Below, piece after piece: positions 8,553-17,031 of a stretch of 43,498 nt of DNA; the stretch's first letter is position 1, and each line of letters opens with the position of its first letter. Made by a program: the position numbers and the translations under genes. The DNA is from Patescibacteria group bacterium (GTDB lineage: Bacteria; Patescibacteriota; Patescibacteriia; UBA2591; UBA6264), in NCBI GenBank assembly GCA_018896315.1, contig JAHIMV010000081.1, positions 1 to 43,498 of the forward strand, written 5' to 3'. The notes below the pieces were generated by a model. The model did no database searches, was not told the DNA's origin, and was given only the letters and a program-made list of their open reading frames with translations.

Positions 8553-11500
8553 ATGAAGCAACAAATAATTAGAATAAGAAGAAGAAACGGTCGTTTAGCT
8601 AAATTCGATCAAGAAAGAATTACCACAGCAATTTATCAGGCCGTTACAGCTGTTTCTGAAGAAGACGGCAAATTGTCCCAAAAATTATCTAATCAAGTAG
8701 TTAAAATAATTAGTAGGCGCTTTAAAGAGAGGGTTCCAACCGTAGAAGATGTTCAAGACGTTGTTGAAGAAGTTTTAATTCGTGCTGATTTAACAGAAAT
8801 TGCCAAAGCTTATATTATTTATCGCGAACAAAGGAGGAAACTTAGAGAAACAGTTAAGGTTACCAATGAAAGCTTGGGCATGGTGGATCAATACTTAAAA
8901 GAAGTTGATTGGGAAGTAAAGGAGAACGCCAACATGACATATTCTTTACAAGGGTTAAATAACTATATTTCTAATGGCGTAACAAAAAGATATTGGTTTG
9001 AAAAAGTTTATCCTTCAGAAATTAGAGAATCAGCTGAAGGAGGGGATTTTCATATTCATGACTTGGGGATTTTAGCGCCGTATACTTTTTTTGGCAAAGA
9101 AACAGTTGTTATTAAATTGAATGGAAAAATTAAGTTAGTTTCTTTAGAAAGTTTATATAACAATATAATTCAAAAAGAAGATTTTCTTAATAAAAAAGAT
9201 CAAGTTTTCGCTAAATATCCTCGTAATTTATTTATTTTAGATAAAGAAGGTTGGACCAAGGTTTCCCGATTAGTAAAAAAGAAAAAACAAAGAGAAATGC
9301 GTTTTATAAAGTCAGAACAGGGAAGGAGTGTTATTGTTACCGATAATCATCCTTTTATTGTAAAAAATCAAAAAAATGGGAAACAAAAAGAAATTTTGGC
9401 AAGTGAGGTTCAAGAAAAAGAACATTTATCTTTGAGTTGCTTTTTGCCTTCTTTACTTTCTTCTGAAAAATTATTTACTAAAAAAGAGATATATTTAGCT
9501 CAAGAATTAATAGATAAAGATTATCAAGATTTCTTTTTAGAAGGATATAAGTGGCAGGATTTTATAGAAAACTGGGGAGGATCTCTTAAGGTAAAAGGAA
9601 CCTTAAGTGTTTCTAATAAATCTAATAGTTTAGATAATTATTTTGAACTTTCTGAGGATTTTGGTTATTTGGTAGGAATTTTTATTGCAGAGGGCCATTA
9701 TCATAGCTGGCGGATGGAAATAACCTTAGGAGAAGAGAAAATAATAAAAAAGGTACAAAAAATTTGTTCCAATTTAGGAATAAGAACTTATATTAACAAG
9801 CACGAACAAACTAAGCGAATATCTATTAATTGCAGCACTTTAAAACTTGTTTTTGAAAAAGTCTTCCAAATAAAACCTTTTAGCCAAAATAAAACTTTAC
9901 CAATAGATATTCTAAATTACAATTTTGATTTTATAAAAGGGCTAATTGCTGGAATTATTGACGGAGATGGTAATGTTAGTACCCAAGGAAGCCAAATTAT
10001 TATTAGGACAGCTTCAAGAACGATGTTAGAACAAATGGCCATTTTATTGCAATTTTTTGGCATTATTTGTCGAGATAGAGCTATTGAAGGAGTTGGCAGT
10101 AAAAGGGTTTATAATGGCAGGGAGATTATTCAAAAATTTCCTCTTTACGGAATATCTTTTTCTAAAAAAGAAAAATTAGATTTACCTTCTTTTAAATATC
10201 AAAAAGCTAATGTAGCCCAGAAAAATTGGCGTGTAGAAGAATATGGTTGGAATAAAGTTTTAAACAATAAATCCACCTCTATAGCAGATGATTTTATTTA
10301 TGATATTACCACTGATTCACATACATTCCTTTGTAATGGCTTATTGGTTCATAATTGCGTGGGGTGGAGTTTAGAGGACATATTGCGCAAAGGATTCACT
10401 GGTGTTTATGGTAAAATTTCTTCAAAACCAGCCAAACATTTAAGAGTAGCTTTAGGCCAGTTAGTTAACTTTTTTTACACACTTCAAGGGGAAGCAGCAG
10501 GAGCAATTGCTGTTTCTTCTTTTGATACTTTTTTGGCTCCTTTTATTCGTTATGATAAATTAACTTATTCTCAAATAAAACAGGCCATGCAGGAGTTTAT
10601 GTTTAATTGTAATGTGCCAACTCGAGTTGGGTTTCAATGTATGTCAGAAGATACAGAAATTTTAACTAAAGATGGGTGGAAAAATTATCGTCAGGTTAAA
10701 AAAGGAAGCATTATTGCTACCTTTAACATTGAAAAGGGTTTTATTGAATATTTGCCAGTTAATAATGTTTTTACTAAGAAATACAAAGGAATAATGTATA
10801 ACTTAAAGAATAGAATTAGCGATCAATTAATTTCTCCAGAGCATAGGGTAGTGAGAAAAATGTTTAATTCAGAAAGCTATACTTTAGAAAAAATAGAAAA
10901 AGTTTTAAGCCTAAAATCACCGTTTATGGTGCCAGTGGGAAGTGAAGGAAATGTTTTAGGAGATGATAAATTAGATGAAAATATAGTTAAATTAACAGCT
11001 TGGTTAATAGCGGAAGGAACAATAGACAAAGGTAGACGAGGGAGTGGAAGAATTAGTATTTACCAATCAAAAGAAAAAAACCCTGAAAATTATGAAGAGA
11101 TTAATTTTTTGTGCCATAATTTAGACTTAAAATATACCGAAAGAATGCAAAGAGGATTAGGTGCTGATTGTAATGTTATTCGATTTAACGCAAATAGCAC
11201 TAGAAAAATTTTAAATTATTTTAATAGCAATAAAAATAAAGGTATTAAATTTATTCCAGACAGTATACTTAATTCAGATGTAGAAACTTCAAGATTGTTT
11301 TTAGAGACATATATTAAAGGTGATGGACATGATGGATGTAAAATCACCACTACTGAAGAAAAAATCAAAGATGGTTTGCTTCAAGTTATAGTTAATGCTG
11401 GTTATGGCGCTACGGTTTTAGTTCGCAATCCTGATAATGATCTGTCAAAAAAAGATAGATATATTATTAGACTCATTAAACATAAAGATACTTATATTAA

Positions 11501-14500
11501 TCAAATTAAAAAAGTTAATTATCAAGGAATTATTTGGTGTCCCAACACTAAAAATGAGACAGTTGTCGCGAGAAGAAAAGGAAAAGTATTTATTACTGGA
11601 AATACGCCTTTTACAAATATTACACTTGATTTAAATCCACCTAAAAATTTAGCTAAATTACCAGTGATTGTCGGAGGAAAAACTAAAAAAGAAAAATATG
11701 GAGATTTTCAAAAAGAAATGGATTTATTTAATAAAGCTTTTTACGAAGTAATTATGGAAGGAGATGCCACTCAAAGGGTTTTTACTTTTCCAATACCGAC
11801 CATCAATATTACCAAAGACTTTGACTGGGATAATCCTAATTACAAATCAATATGGGACGCAACGGCTAAATATGGGATTAATTATTTTTCTAACTTTATT
11901 AATTCAGAGTTAGATCCAGAAGATATCAGAAGTATGTGTTGCCGGTTGCGCTTAAACAATAAAGATCTTCATCATCGAGGGGGTGGGCTTTTTGGCTCAG
12001 CTCCATTAACAGGTTGTTATGATAAAGAAACAGAAATTTTGACTGAAAGCGGTTGGAAGTTTTTTAAAGATTTAACTAAAAACGAGAAAGTGTTTACCTT
12101 AGCTGAAAATAACGAAATTGAGTTACACAAGCCAAGAAAAATTTTCAAATATGATTATAAAGGGGAAATGTATCAATTTAAAGCTAAATCTTTGGATTTA
12201 TTAGTTACCCCAAACCACCGGATGGTGATAGACCAAAGATATAAAGATAAAAGAAGGTTTGTTGAAGCTAAAGACTTAAAGCCAGCTAATCATCGGATTC
12301 CTAAGCAGGGTGTATGGAAAAGAGATGAGATAGAACACTTTATTTTGCCTGGGATTGAATTTACAAAATACGGGAGACAAGGAATAACTCCTTATCAGGT
12401 ATTCAGAGAGGCTTTAAAAATAGAAATGGATAATTGGCTTGAATTTTTTGGATTTTGGTTGGCAGAGGGCTGTGCTGACAATAAAAATATTGCTAAACGT
12501 CATGGTTATAGGGTGATAATCACACAGGTTAATAAGAAGAAAAATAGAGAAATCCAAAAAGTTTTAGATTGTTTACCCTTTAATTATTATATAGAAAGAA
12601 AGATAAATTTTGTAATTTGTAATAAACAGCTTTGGACTTATTTACGGCAATTCGGAAATAAATATCAAAAGTTTATTCCAAAGGAGATTAAAAATTTAGG
12701 TAAGAGACAATTGAGAATTTTGTTTAATTGGATGGTTAAGGGCGATGGCCATATTAGAAAAACTACTGGACAGATTAATTATTGGACGTCTTCCGAAAAA
12801 TTAGCCGATGATTTGCAAGAAGTAATTCTAAAAATAGGATGGCTTGGCACTATAAGTGCTCGAAAGAGAAATATATCTCAAATTAGAGGCAGAAAAGTAA
12901 AGTCGGGCATTGTTTATACAATAGGAGTACAAAAATCAAAACATTATAGGTTAAGAAAAAATAGCATAAAAAAGATTTATTATAAGGATAAAGTGTATTG
13001 TTGTGAAGTAAGAAATCATACTGTTTTCGTAAGGAGAAATGGAAAAGTTAGTTGGTGCGGGAATTCAATTGGGGTAGTAACCATAAATCTTCCGCGAATT
13101 GGCTATTTAACCAAAACAAAAAAGGAATTTTTTAACAAATTGGAAAATTTAATGGATTTGGCCAAAGAAAGCTTAGAAATAAAAAGAAAAACTTTGGAAG
13201 ATTTTATTGAAAAAGATCTTTATCCTTATTCAAAATTTTATTTATCTGATATTAAGAAATTAAGAGGACAATATTGGGCAAATCATTTTTCAACCATTGG
13301 TCTGGTGGGAATGAACGAAGCTTTACTTAATTTTTTAAAAAAAGATATGATTTCAGATGAGGGGCAGAAATTTGCTCAAGAAGTTTTAGATTTTATGAAT
13401 CAACGTTTACTTGATTACCAGAAAGAAACTAAAAATATTTATAATTTAGAAGCAACACCGGCAGAGGGCACTAGCTATCGTTTAGCTAAAAAAGACAAAG
13501 AACATTATCCTCAGATTATTACGGCCGGAAAAGATGTTCCTTATTATACTAATTGTGTATCAGATGATACAGATATCTTAACTAAAGAAGGATGGAAAAG
13601 ATATAACGATGTAAAAGTCAGAGACGAAATTCTTACATTAAATATGGATAGGAAAATATTAGAGTATCAAAGGATATTAAATATTCATACTCAATATTTA
13701 GATAATAAACCAATGTTTAATATCAAATCTCAAAAACAAGATCAACTAATAACCCCAAATCATATGGTTGTATATGATGGAGACAGAAAAGGAAAATATA
13801 GTTTAGCAACACCTAGAAATTTACCTTGGAGAATAATTATTCCAATGGCAGGGAAAATAAATCAATACACTAAAGAGATAGATGATGACATTATAAGGAT
13901 GATAGGATGGATAATTACTGAAGGACATTTTGAAACAGATTGTAATGCAATTAGAATAACACAAGCTGAATGGTGTAATAAAAATAAATTTAAGGAGATA
14001 GGAGAGATATTAAAAAAACTTAAAGTTAAATTTAAAATACATGGAGATAAGAGAGGAAGATCAATTTTTAGAATTTCAGCTTCTGATGGAATAAAAATAA
14101 GAAGTAAGTATATATCAAACAAGCATATCCCAAGATGGTGCTTAAATGAATTAGACTATAGACAACTGAACATTTTATTGGAAACCATGATGAAAGGAGA
14201 CGGAAGTATAAGTAAACACTCTAAATATTTTTGTTCTGGTGATAAACAATTAATAGACGAATTTCAAGAACTATGCATTAAGACATGCAGAAGAGCCGTT
14301 ATATGTGATTATAGAGAAATGACTGCTTGCTATCATGCAGTTCCTTCTGATTTCCATCATACTGAAATAAATAAAAATAATATTAAAGAAATAAAACACA
14401 CAGGCATTGTTTGGTGTCCAGAAGTGGAGAACCATACTTTTGTAGCAAGAAGAAACGGGAAGCCGTTTATAACAGGTAATTCAACCCAATTACCAGTTGA

Positions 14501-16115
14501 TTACAATGGAGATTTATTTAGTGCTTTGGCCTTACAAGATAATTGTCAGACAAAATATACTGGAGGATGTATTGAGAAAGGGAATAAAGTTTTAACCAAC
14601 AAAGGGTTGTTGAATATAGAATATATAGTGAAGAATTTTAATAAACTCAAACCAATTAAGGTTTTAGGTTATAATATTAAAAAAGGAATCAGTGAATGGG
14701 ACAGCGTTGTTGATGCTGTTTTTGTTGATGTTAAGAAAAAAAATAAGATAAAAATAAAAGCAGAGAGAGGTTTAGATATTATTACTTCTGATTGGCATCC
14801 ATTCTTTGTTTTAGAAAGAATTAAAGTTAATTCAATTTGTCCTGTTTGTCAGCAAAAAGTAGAAAACATTAAAGGTTTTGCTAGCCATCTGGGGCGTAAC
14901 CCAAAGTGTAGGGAAGAGTATTTGTTAATGTTTAAATATCAAGTGTTAGAGAAAAGGGCGGATGAATTGAAAAAGGGCGACTATATTTTACAAAATTTTG
15001 ATAATTTATATCCAGAGAAATCTACGGCGTTAAATAACGATTTGATGTGGTTGATAGGTTTTTTCATCGGCGATGGGTGCATTTCAAAGTTTATAGATAA
15101 TAGAGGTGGGCACAATTTAGAGAAATATAGAGTTCGTTTTCATAGCGAAAACCAAAGAGCATTACAAAAAATTGTTAGGATAATTTCAGAGCATTTCCAT
15201 ACAGAAGTTAAAGTTATAAAAAACGACAAAAGAAGTAAATCTCTGAGAGAGGTTACTATATCTAAAAAGGTTGTTTTAGATTTTTTCTTCAAATATGGTT
15301 TTAATTCTGGCAAAAAGGTTTATAATATTTCTGTCCCTCAAAAAGTAAGGGAAAATTTTAACAAAAGTAATGTTTTTGCTTTTTTGTCTGGTCTAATAGA
15401 CAGTGATGGACATATTAGTAAAAGAGATGGTGATTTTGAATATCAGACGGTTTCTGATAAATTAGCCGAAGACATCTTAGAGATTTCTACTCGAGCAGGA
15501 TTAATGATTAGTAAGAGCCTAAAAGCAAGTAAAAGAAAAAATGAAGTTAATATATATAGATTGAGAATTCCGCGATACCAAATGACGAGGATAAAAGATA
15601 AGTTGAATGATTCAGTTAATTGTTCAAAAATTAAAACGAAGTTGTCGGATAGAAAAAAGCGTCAGCTTCCGGTAATAAGAGTAACACAGATTTCAAAAGT
15701 TGATATGAAAGATAACCAATTCTACGATTTAACAACAAAAAAGAATCACAATTATTTAGCAGGTAAAAATACTTTAGTTTTTATCCATAATACTGTTTTT
15801 CATGCTTTTTTAGGGGAAAGAATTTTTAATTCAGAATCAGTTAAAAGTTTAATTAAAAAAGTCTTTGTAAAATTTCGTCTCCCTTATTTTACTTTAACTC
15901 CTACATTTAGCATTTGTCCAACTCATAATTATATAAATGGCAAACATTTTACATGTCCTGAATGTGGAGAGAAAACAGAGGTTTATTCAAGGGTTGTTGG
16001 ATATTTACGTCCTATTCAACAATGGAATAAAGGCAAACAAGAAGAGTTTAAACAAAGAAAAGTGTTTGACGTAGAAAATAAAAAGAATCTGATTTCGTCA
16101 GAACTCCAAAATTAA
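8553..16115 (+). CDS. nrdD: anaerobic (class III) ribonucleoside-triphosphate reductase interrupted by five inteins
   Basis: First ATG at 8553 (the track start 8535 is a TTG inside a repeat). Exteins carry an ATP-cone N-terminus, FHIHDL, CVGWSL, TPFTNITLD, MCCRLRL, SIGVVTINLPRIG, YYTN-S-TQLPV, YTGG-TVFH, C-terminal CPECG and the glycyl-radical motif RVVGYLRP. They sum to about 707 aa. Confidence 0.95.
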   Translation: MKQQIIRIRRRNGRLAKFDQERITTAIYQAVTAVSEEDGKLSQKLSNQVVKIISRRFKERVPTVEDVQDVVEEVLIRADLTEIAKAYIIYREQRRKLRETVKVTNESLGMVDQYLKEVDWEVKENANMTYSLQGLNNYISNGVTKRYWFEKVYPSEIRESAEGGDFHIHDLGILAPYTFFGKETVVIKLNGKIKLVSLESLYNNIIQKEDFLNKKDQVFAKYPRNLFILDKEGWTKVSRLVKKKKQREMRFIKSEQGRSVIVTDNHPFIVKNQKNGKQKEILASEVQEKEHLSLSCFLPSLLSSEKLFTKKEIYLAQELIDKDYQDFFLEGYKWQDFIENWGGSLKVKGTLSVSNKSNSLDNYFELSEDFGYLVGIFIAEGHYHSWRMEITLGEEKIIKKVQKICSNLGIRTYINKHEQTKRISINCSTLKLVFEKVFQIKPFSQNKTLPIDILNYNFDFIKGLIAGIIDGDGNVSTQGSQIIIRTASRTMLEQMAILLQFFGIICRDRAIEGVGSKRVYNGREIIQKFPLYGISFSKKEKLDLPSFKYQKANVAQKNWRVEEYGWNKVLNNKSTSIADDFIYDITTDSHTFLCNGLLVHNCVGWSLEDILRKGFTGVYGKISSKPAKHLRVALGQLVNFFYTLQGEAAGAIAVSSFDTFLAPFIRYDKLTYSQIKQAMQEFMFNCNVPTRVGFQCMSEDTEILTKDGWKNYRQVKKGSIIATFNIEKGFIEYLPVNNVFTKKYKGIMYNLKNRISDQLISPEHRVVRKMFNSESYTLEKIEKVLSLKSPFMVPVGSEGNVLGDDKLDENIVKLTAWLIAEGTIDKGRRGSGRISIYQSKEKNPENYEEINFLCHNLDLKYTERMQRGLGADCNVIRFNANSTRKILNYFNSNKNKGIKFIPDSILNSDVETSRLFLETYIKGDGHDGCKITTTEEKIKDGLLQVIVNAGYGATVLVRNPDNDLSKKDRYIIRLIKHKDTYINQIKKVNYQGIIWCPNTKNETVVARRKGKVFITGNTPFTNITLDLNPPKNLAKLPVIVGGKTKKEKYGDFQKEMDLFNKAFYEVIMEGDATQRVFTFPIPTINITKDFDWDNPNYKSIWDATAKYGINYFSNFINSELDPEDIRSMCCRLRLNNKDLHHRGGGLFGSAPLTGCYDKETEILTESGWKFFKDLTKNEKVFTLAENNEIELHKPRKIFKYDYKGEMYQFKAKSLDLLVTPNHRMVIDQRYKDKRRFVEAKDLKPANHRIPKQGVWKRDEIEHFILPGIEFTKYGRQGITPYQVFREALKIEMDNWLEFFGFWLAEGCADNKNIAKRHGYRVIITQVNKKKNREIQKVLDCLPFNYYIERKINFVICNKQLWTYLRQFGNKYQKFIPKEIKNLGKRQLRILFNWMVKGDGHIRKTTGQINYWTSSEKLADDLQEVILKIGWLGTISARKRNISQIRGRKVKSGIVYTIGVQKSKHYRLRKNSIKKIYYKDKVYCCEVRNHTVFVRRNGKVSWCGNSIGVVTINLPRIGYLTKTKKEFFNKLENLMDLAKESLEIKRKTLEDFIEKDLYPYSKFYLSDIKKLRGQYWANHFSTIGLVGMNEALLNFLKKDMISDEGQKFAQEVLDFMNQRLLDYQKETKNIYNLEATPAEGTSYRLAKKDKEHYPQIITAGKDVPYYTNCVSDDTDILTKEGWKRYNDVKVRDEILTLNMDRKILEYQRILNIHTQYLDNKPMFNIKSQKQDQLITPNHMVVYDGDRKGKYSLATPRNLPWRIIIPMAGKINQYTKEIDDDIIRMIGWIITEGHFETDCNAIRITQAEWCNKNKFKEIGEILKKLKVKFKIHGDKRGRSIFRISASDGIKIRSKYISNKHIPRWCLNELDYRQLNILLETMMKGDGSISKHSKYFCSGDKQLIDEFQELCIKTCRRAVICDYREMTACYHAVPSDFHHTEINKNNIKEIKHTGIVWCPEVENHTFVARRNGKPFITGNSTQLPVDYNGDLFSALALQDNCQTKYTGGCIEKGNKVLTNKGLLNIEYIVKNFNKLKPIKVLGYNIKKGISEWDSVVDAVFVDVKKKNKIKIKAERGLDIITSDWHPFFVLERIKVNSICPVCQQKVENIKGFASHLGRNPKCREEYLLMFKYQVLEKRADELKKGDYILQNFDNLYPEKSTALNNDLMWLIGFFIGDGCISKFIDNRGGHNLEKYRVRFHSENQRALQKIVRIISEHFHTEVKVIKNDKRSKSLREVTISKKVVLDFFFKYGFNSGKKVYNISVPQKVRENFNKSNVFAFLSGLIDSDGHISKRDGDFEYQTVSDKLAEDILEISTRAGLMISKSLKASKRKNEVNIYRLRIPRYQMTRIKDKLNDSVNCSKIKTKLSDRKKRQLPVIRVTQISKVDMKDNQFYDLTTKKNHNYLAGKNTLVFIHNTVFHAFLGERIFNSESVKSLIKKVFVKFRLPYFTLTPTFSICPTHNYINGKHFTCPECGEKTEVYSRVVGYLRPIQQWNKGKQEEFKQRKVFDVENKKNLISSELQN
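9084..10355 (+). mobile_element. intein 1 of nrdD (424 aa, LAGLIDADG homing endonuclease); begins with Thr
   Basis: Inserted between ..DLGILAPY and CVGWSL. Block A TFFGKETVVIKLNG, block B VTDNHPF, LAGLIDADG motifs GYLVGIFIAEGH and LIAGIIDGDGN, C-terminus LLVHN followed by +1 Cys. Confidence 0.85.
10638..11603 (+). mobile_element. intein 2 of nrdD (322 aa, LAGLIDADG)
   Basis: Inserted between ..TRVGFQ and TPFTNITLD. Starts CMSEDTEILTKDGW, block B ISPEHRV, motifs LTAWLIAEGT and ETYIKGDGH, ends VARRKGKVFITGN followed by +1 Thr. Confidence 0.9.
12015..13064 (+). mobile_element. intein 3 of nrdD (350 aa, LAGLIDADG)
   Basis: Inserted between ..GSAPLTG and SIGVVTINLP. Starts CYDKETEILTESGW, block B VTPNHRM, motifs FFGFWLAEGC and NWMVKGDGH, ends FVRRNGKVSWCGN followed by +1 Ser. 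Confidence 0.9.
13554..14480 (+). mobile_element. intein 4 of nrdD (309 aa, LAGLIDADG)
   Basis: Inserted between ..VPYYTN and STQLPVDY. Starts CVSDDTDILTKEGW, block B ITPNHMV, motifs MIGWIITEGH and ETMMKGDGS, ends VARRNGKPFITGN followed by +1 Ser. Confidence 0.9.
14568..15791 (+). mobile_element. intein 5 of nrdD (408 aa, LAGLIDADG, with extra Cys/His knuckle)
   Basis: Inserted between ..QTKYTGG and TVFHAFLGE. Starts CIEKGNKVLTNKG, block B ITSDWHPF, motifs LIGFFIGDGC and LSGLIDSDGH, ends NTLVFIHN followed by +1 Thr. Contains CPVCQQKVENIKGFASHLGRNPKC. Confidence 0.9.
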
Positions 16116-16257
16116 AAAACACTTTAATTATAGGAACCTTTCGCTACGCTCAAGAACCCTGCTATTCGCTACGTTTATAGTAAGAACCTGCTTCGCAGAA
16201 CCTTGAAATTAAATATTATTATATAGAAGTTAAAGTATTTTAATTATAAAGTATTGT
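16116..16257 (+). repeat. family F element, expanded (nrdD-nrdG spacer)
   Basis: ggaacctttcgctacgctcaagaaccctg .. gtaagaacctgcttcgcagaaccttgaaattaaat .. ttttaattataaagtattgtATG. Confidence 0.7.
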
Positions 16258-17022
16258 ATGGTTTTTAGAGGATGGCAAAAAACCTCTTTGAATGAATGGC
16301 CGGGCAAAGTTTGTTCGGTTGTTTTTCTCCAGAGTTGTAATTTTCGTTGCTCTTTTTGTTATAATTACGATCTTGTTTTGAATCCCAAAAAATTACCTTT
16401 AATTAAAGAAAAACAAGTTTTAAATTATTGCAAAAAAAACAAGGATTTGCTTGACGGAGTAATGATTACCGGCGGTGAACCATTAAAAATCAAAAATCAA
16501 AAATCAATCCTTCGACTACGCTCAGGATTGATGGTGAGCAAAGTCGAACCATCAAAAATCAAAAATAATTTATTAGAATTTATCAAAAAAGTAAAGAAAT
16601 TAGGGTTAAAAGTTGGCGTGGAAACTAATGGTTCTAATCCTGAAATGATTGATTTTTTGATAAAAAATAAATTAGTTGATTATTTAGCTATGGATGTAAA
16701 GGCTCCTTTGATTCAAGAGAAGTACAATCAGATGACCGGCGTAAAAGTTGATTTGAAAAAAATAAAAAAAAGTATTAGAATTATTATTAATTCAAACATT
16801 GAATCTGAATTTCGCACTACTGTTATTCCAGGATTATTAAATGAGGACGATATTTTAAAAATTGCTAAAGAGATAAAAGGAGGAAAAAAATATTATTTAC
16901 AGCAGTTTCAAAAGGGCGAAACATTAGGACAACTACCTAAAATAGATGTTTATTCTCAGAAATGGTTTAAAGAAATAAAAGAGAAAATCAAAAATTTAAT
17001 TGATATAGAATTAAGAATCTAA
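16258..17022 (+). CDS. nrdG: anaerobic ribonucleotide reductase activating protein (radical SAM)
   Basis: CNFRCSFCYN (CxxxCxxC) and ITGGEP, immediately downstream of nrdD. Carries an 81-nt in-frame repeat insertion at 16486..16566. Confidence 0.9.
   Translation: MVFRGWQKTSLNEWPGKVCSVVFLQSCNFRCSFCYNYDLVLNPKKLPLIKEKQVLNYCKKNKDLLDGVMITGGEPLKIKNQKSILRLRSGLMVSKVEPSKIKNNLLEFIKKVKKLGLKVGVETNGSNPEMIDFLIKNKLVDYLAMDVKAPLIQEKYNQMTGVKVDLKKIKKSIRIIINSNIESEFRTTVIPGLLNEDDILKIAKEIKGGKKYYLQQFQKGETLGQLPKIDVYSQKWFKEIKEKIKNLIDIELRI
16486..16566 (-). repeat. 81-nt in-frame repeat insertion inside nrdG (50-nt hairpin element plus aaaatc flanks)
   Basis: 16504..16553 is the exact reverse complement of 34841..34890. 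Flanked by aaaaatcaaaaatcaaaaa / aaaaatcaaaaat. Read as KIKNQKSILRLRSGLMVSKVEPSKIKN. Confidence 0.9.
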
Positions 17023-17031
17023 ATTAATTAT

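Noticed and set aside
11437-14122. ORFs 11437..11634 (+) and 13862..14122 (-) inside nrdD inteins
   Set aside because: They are out of frame or antisense within intein coding sequence whose main frame has clear Hint/LAGLIDADG motifs. Such ORFs are easily generated in AT-rich sequence.
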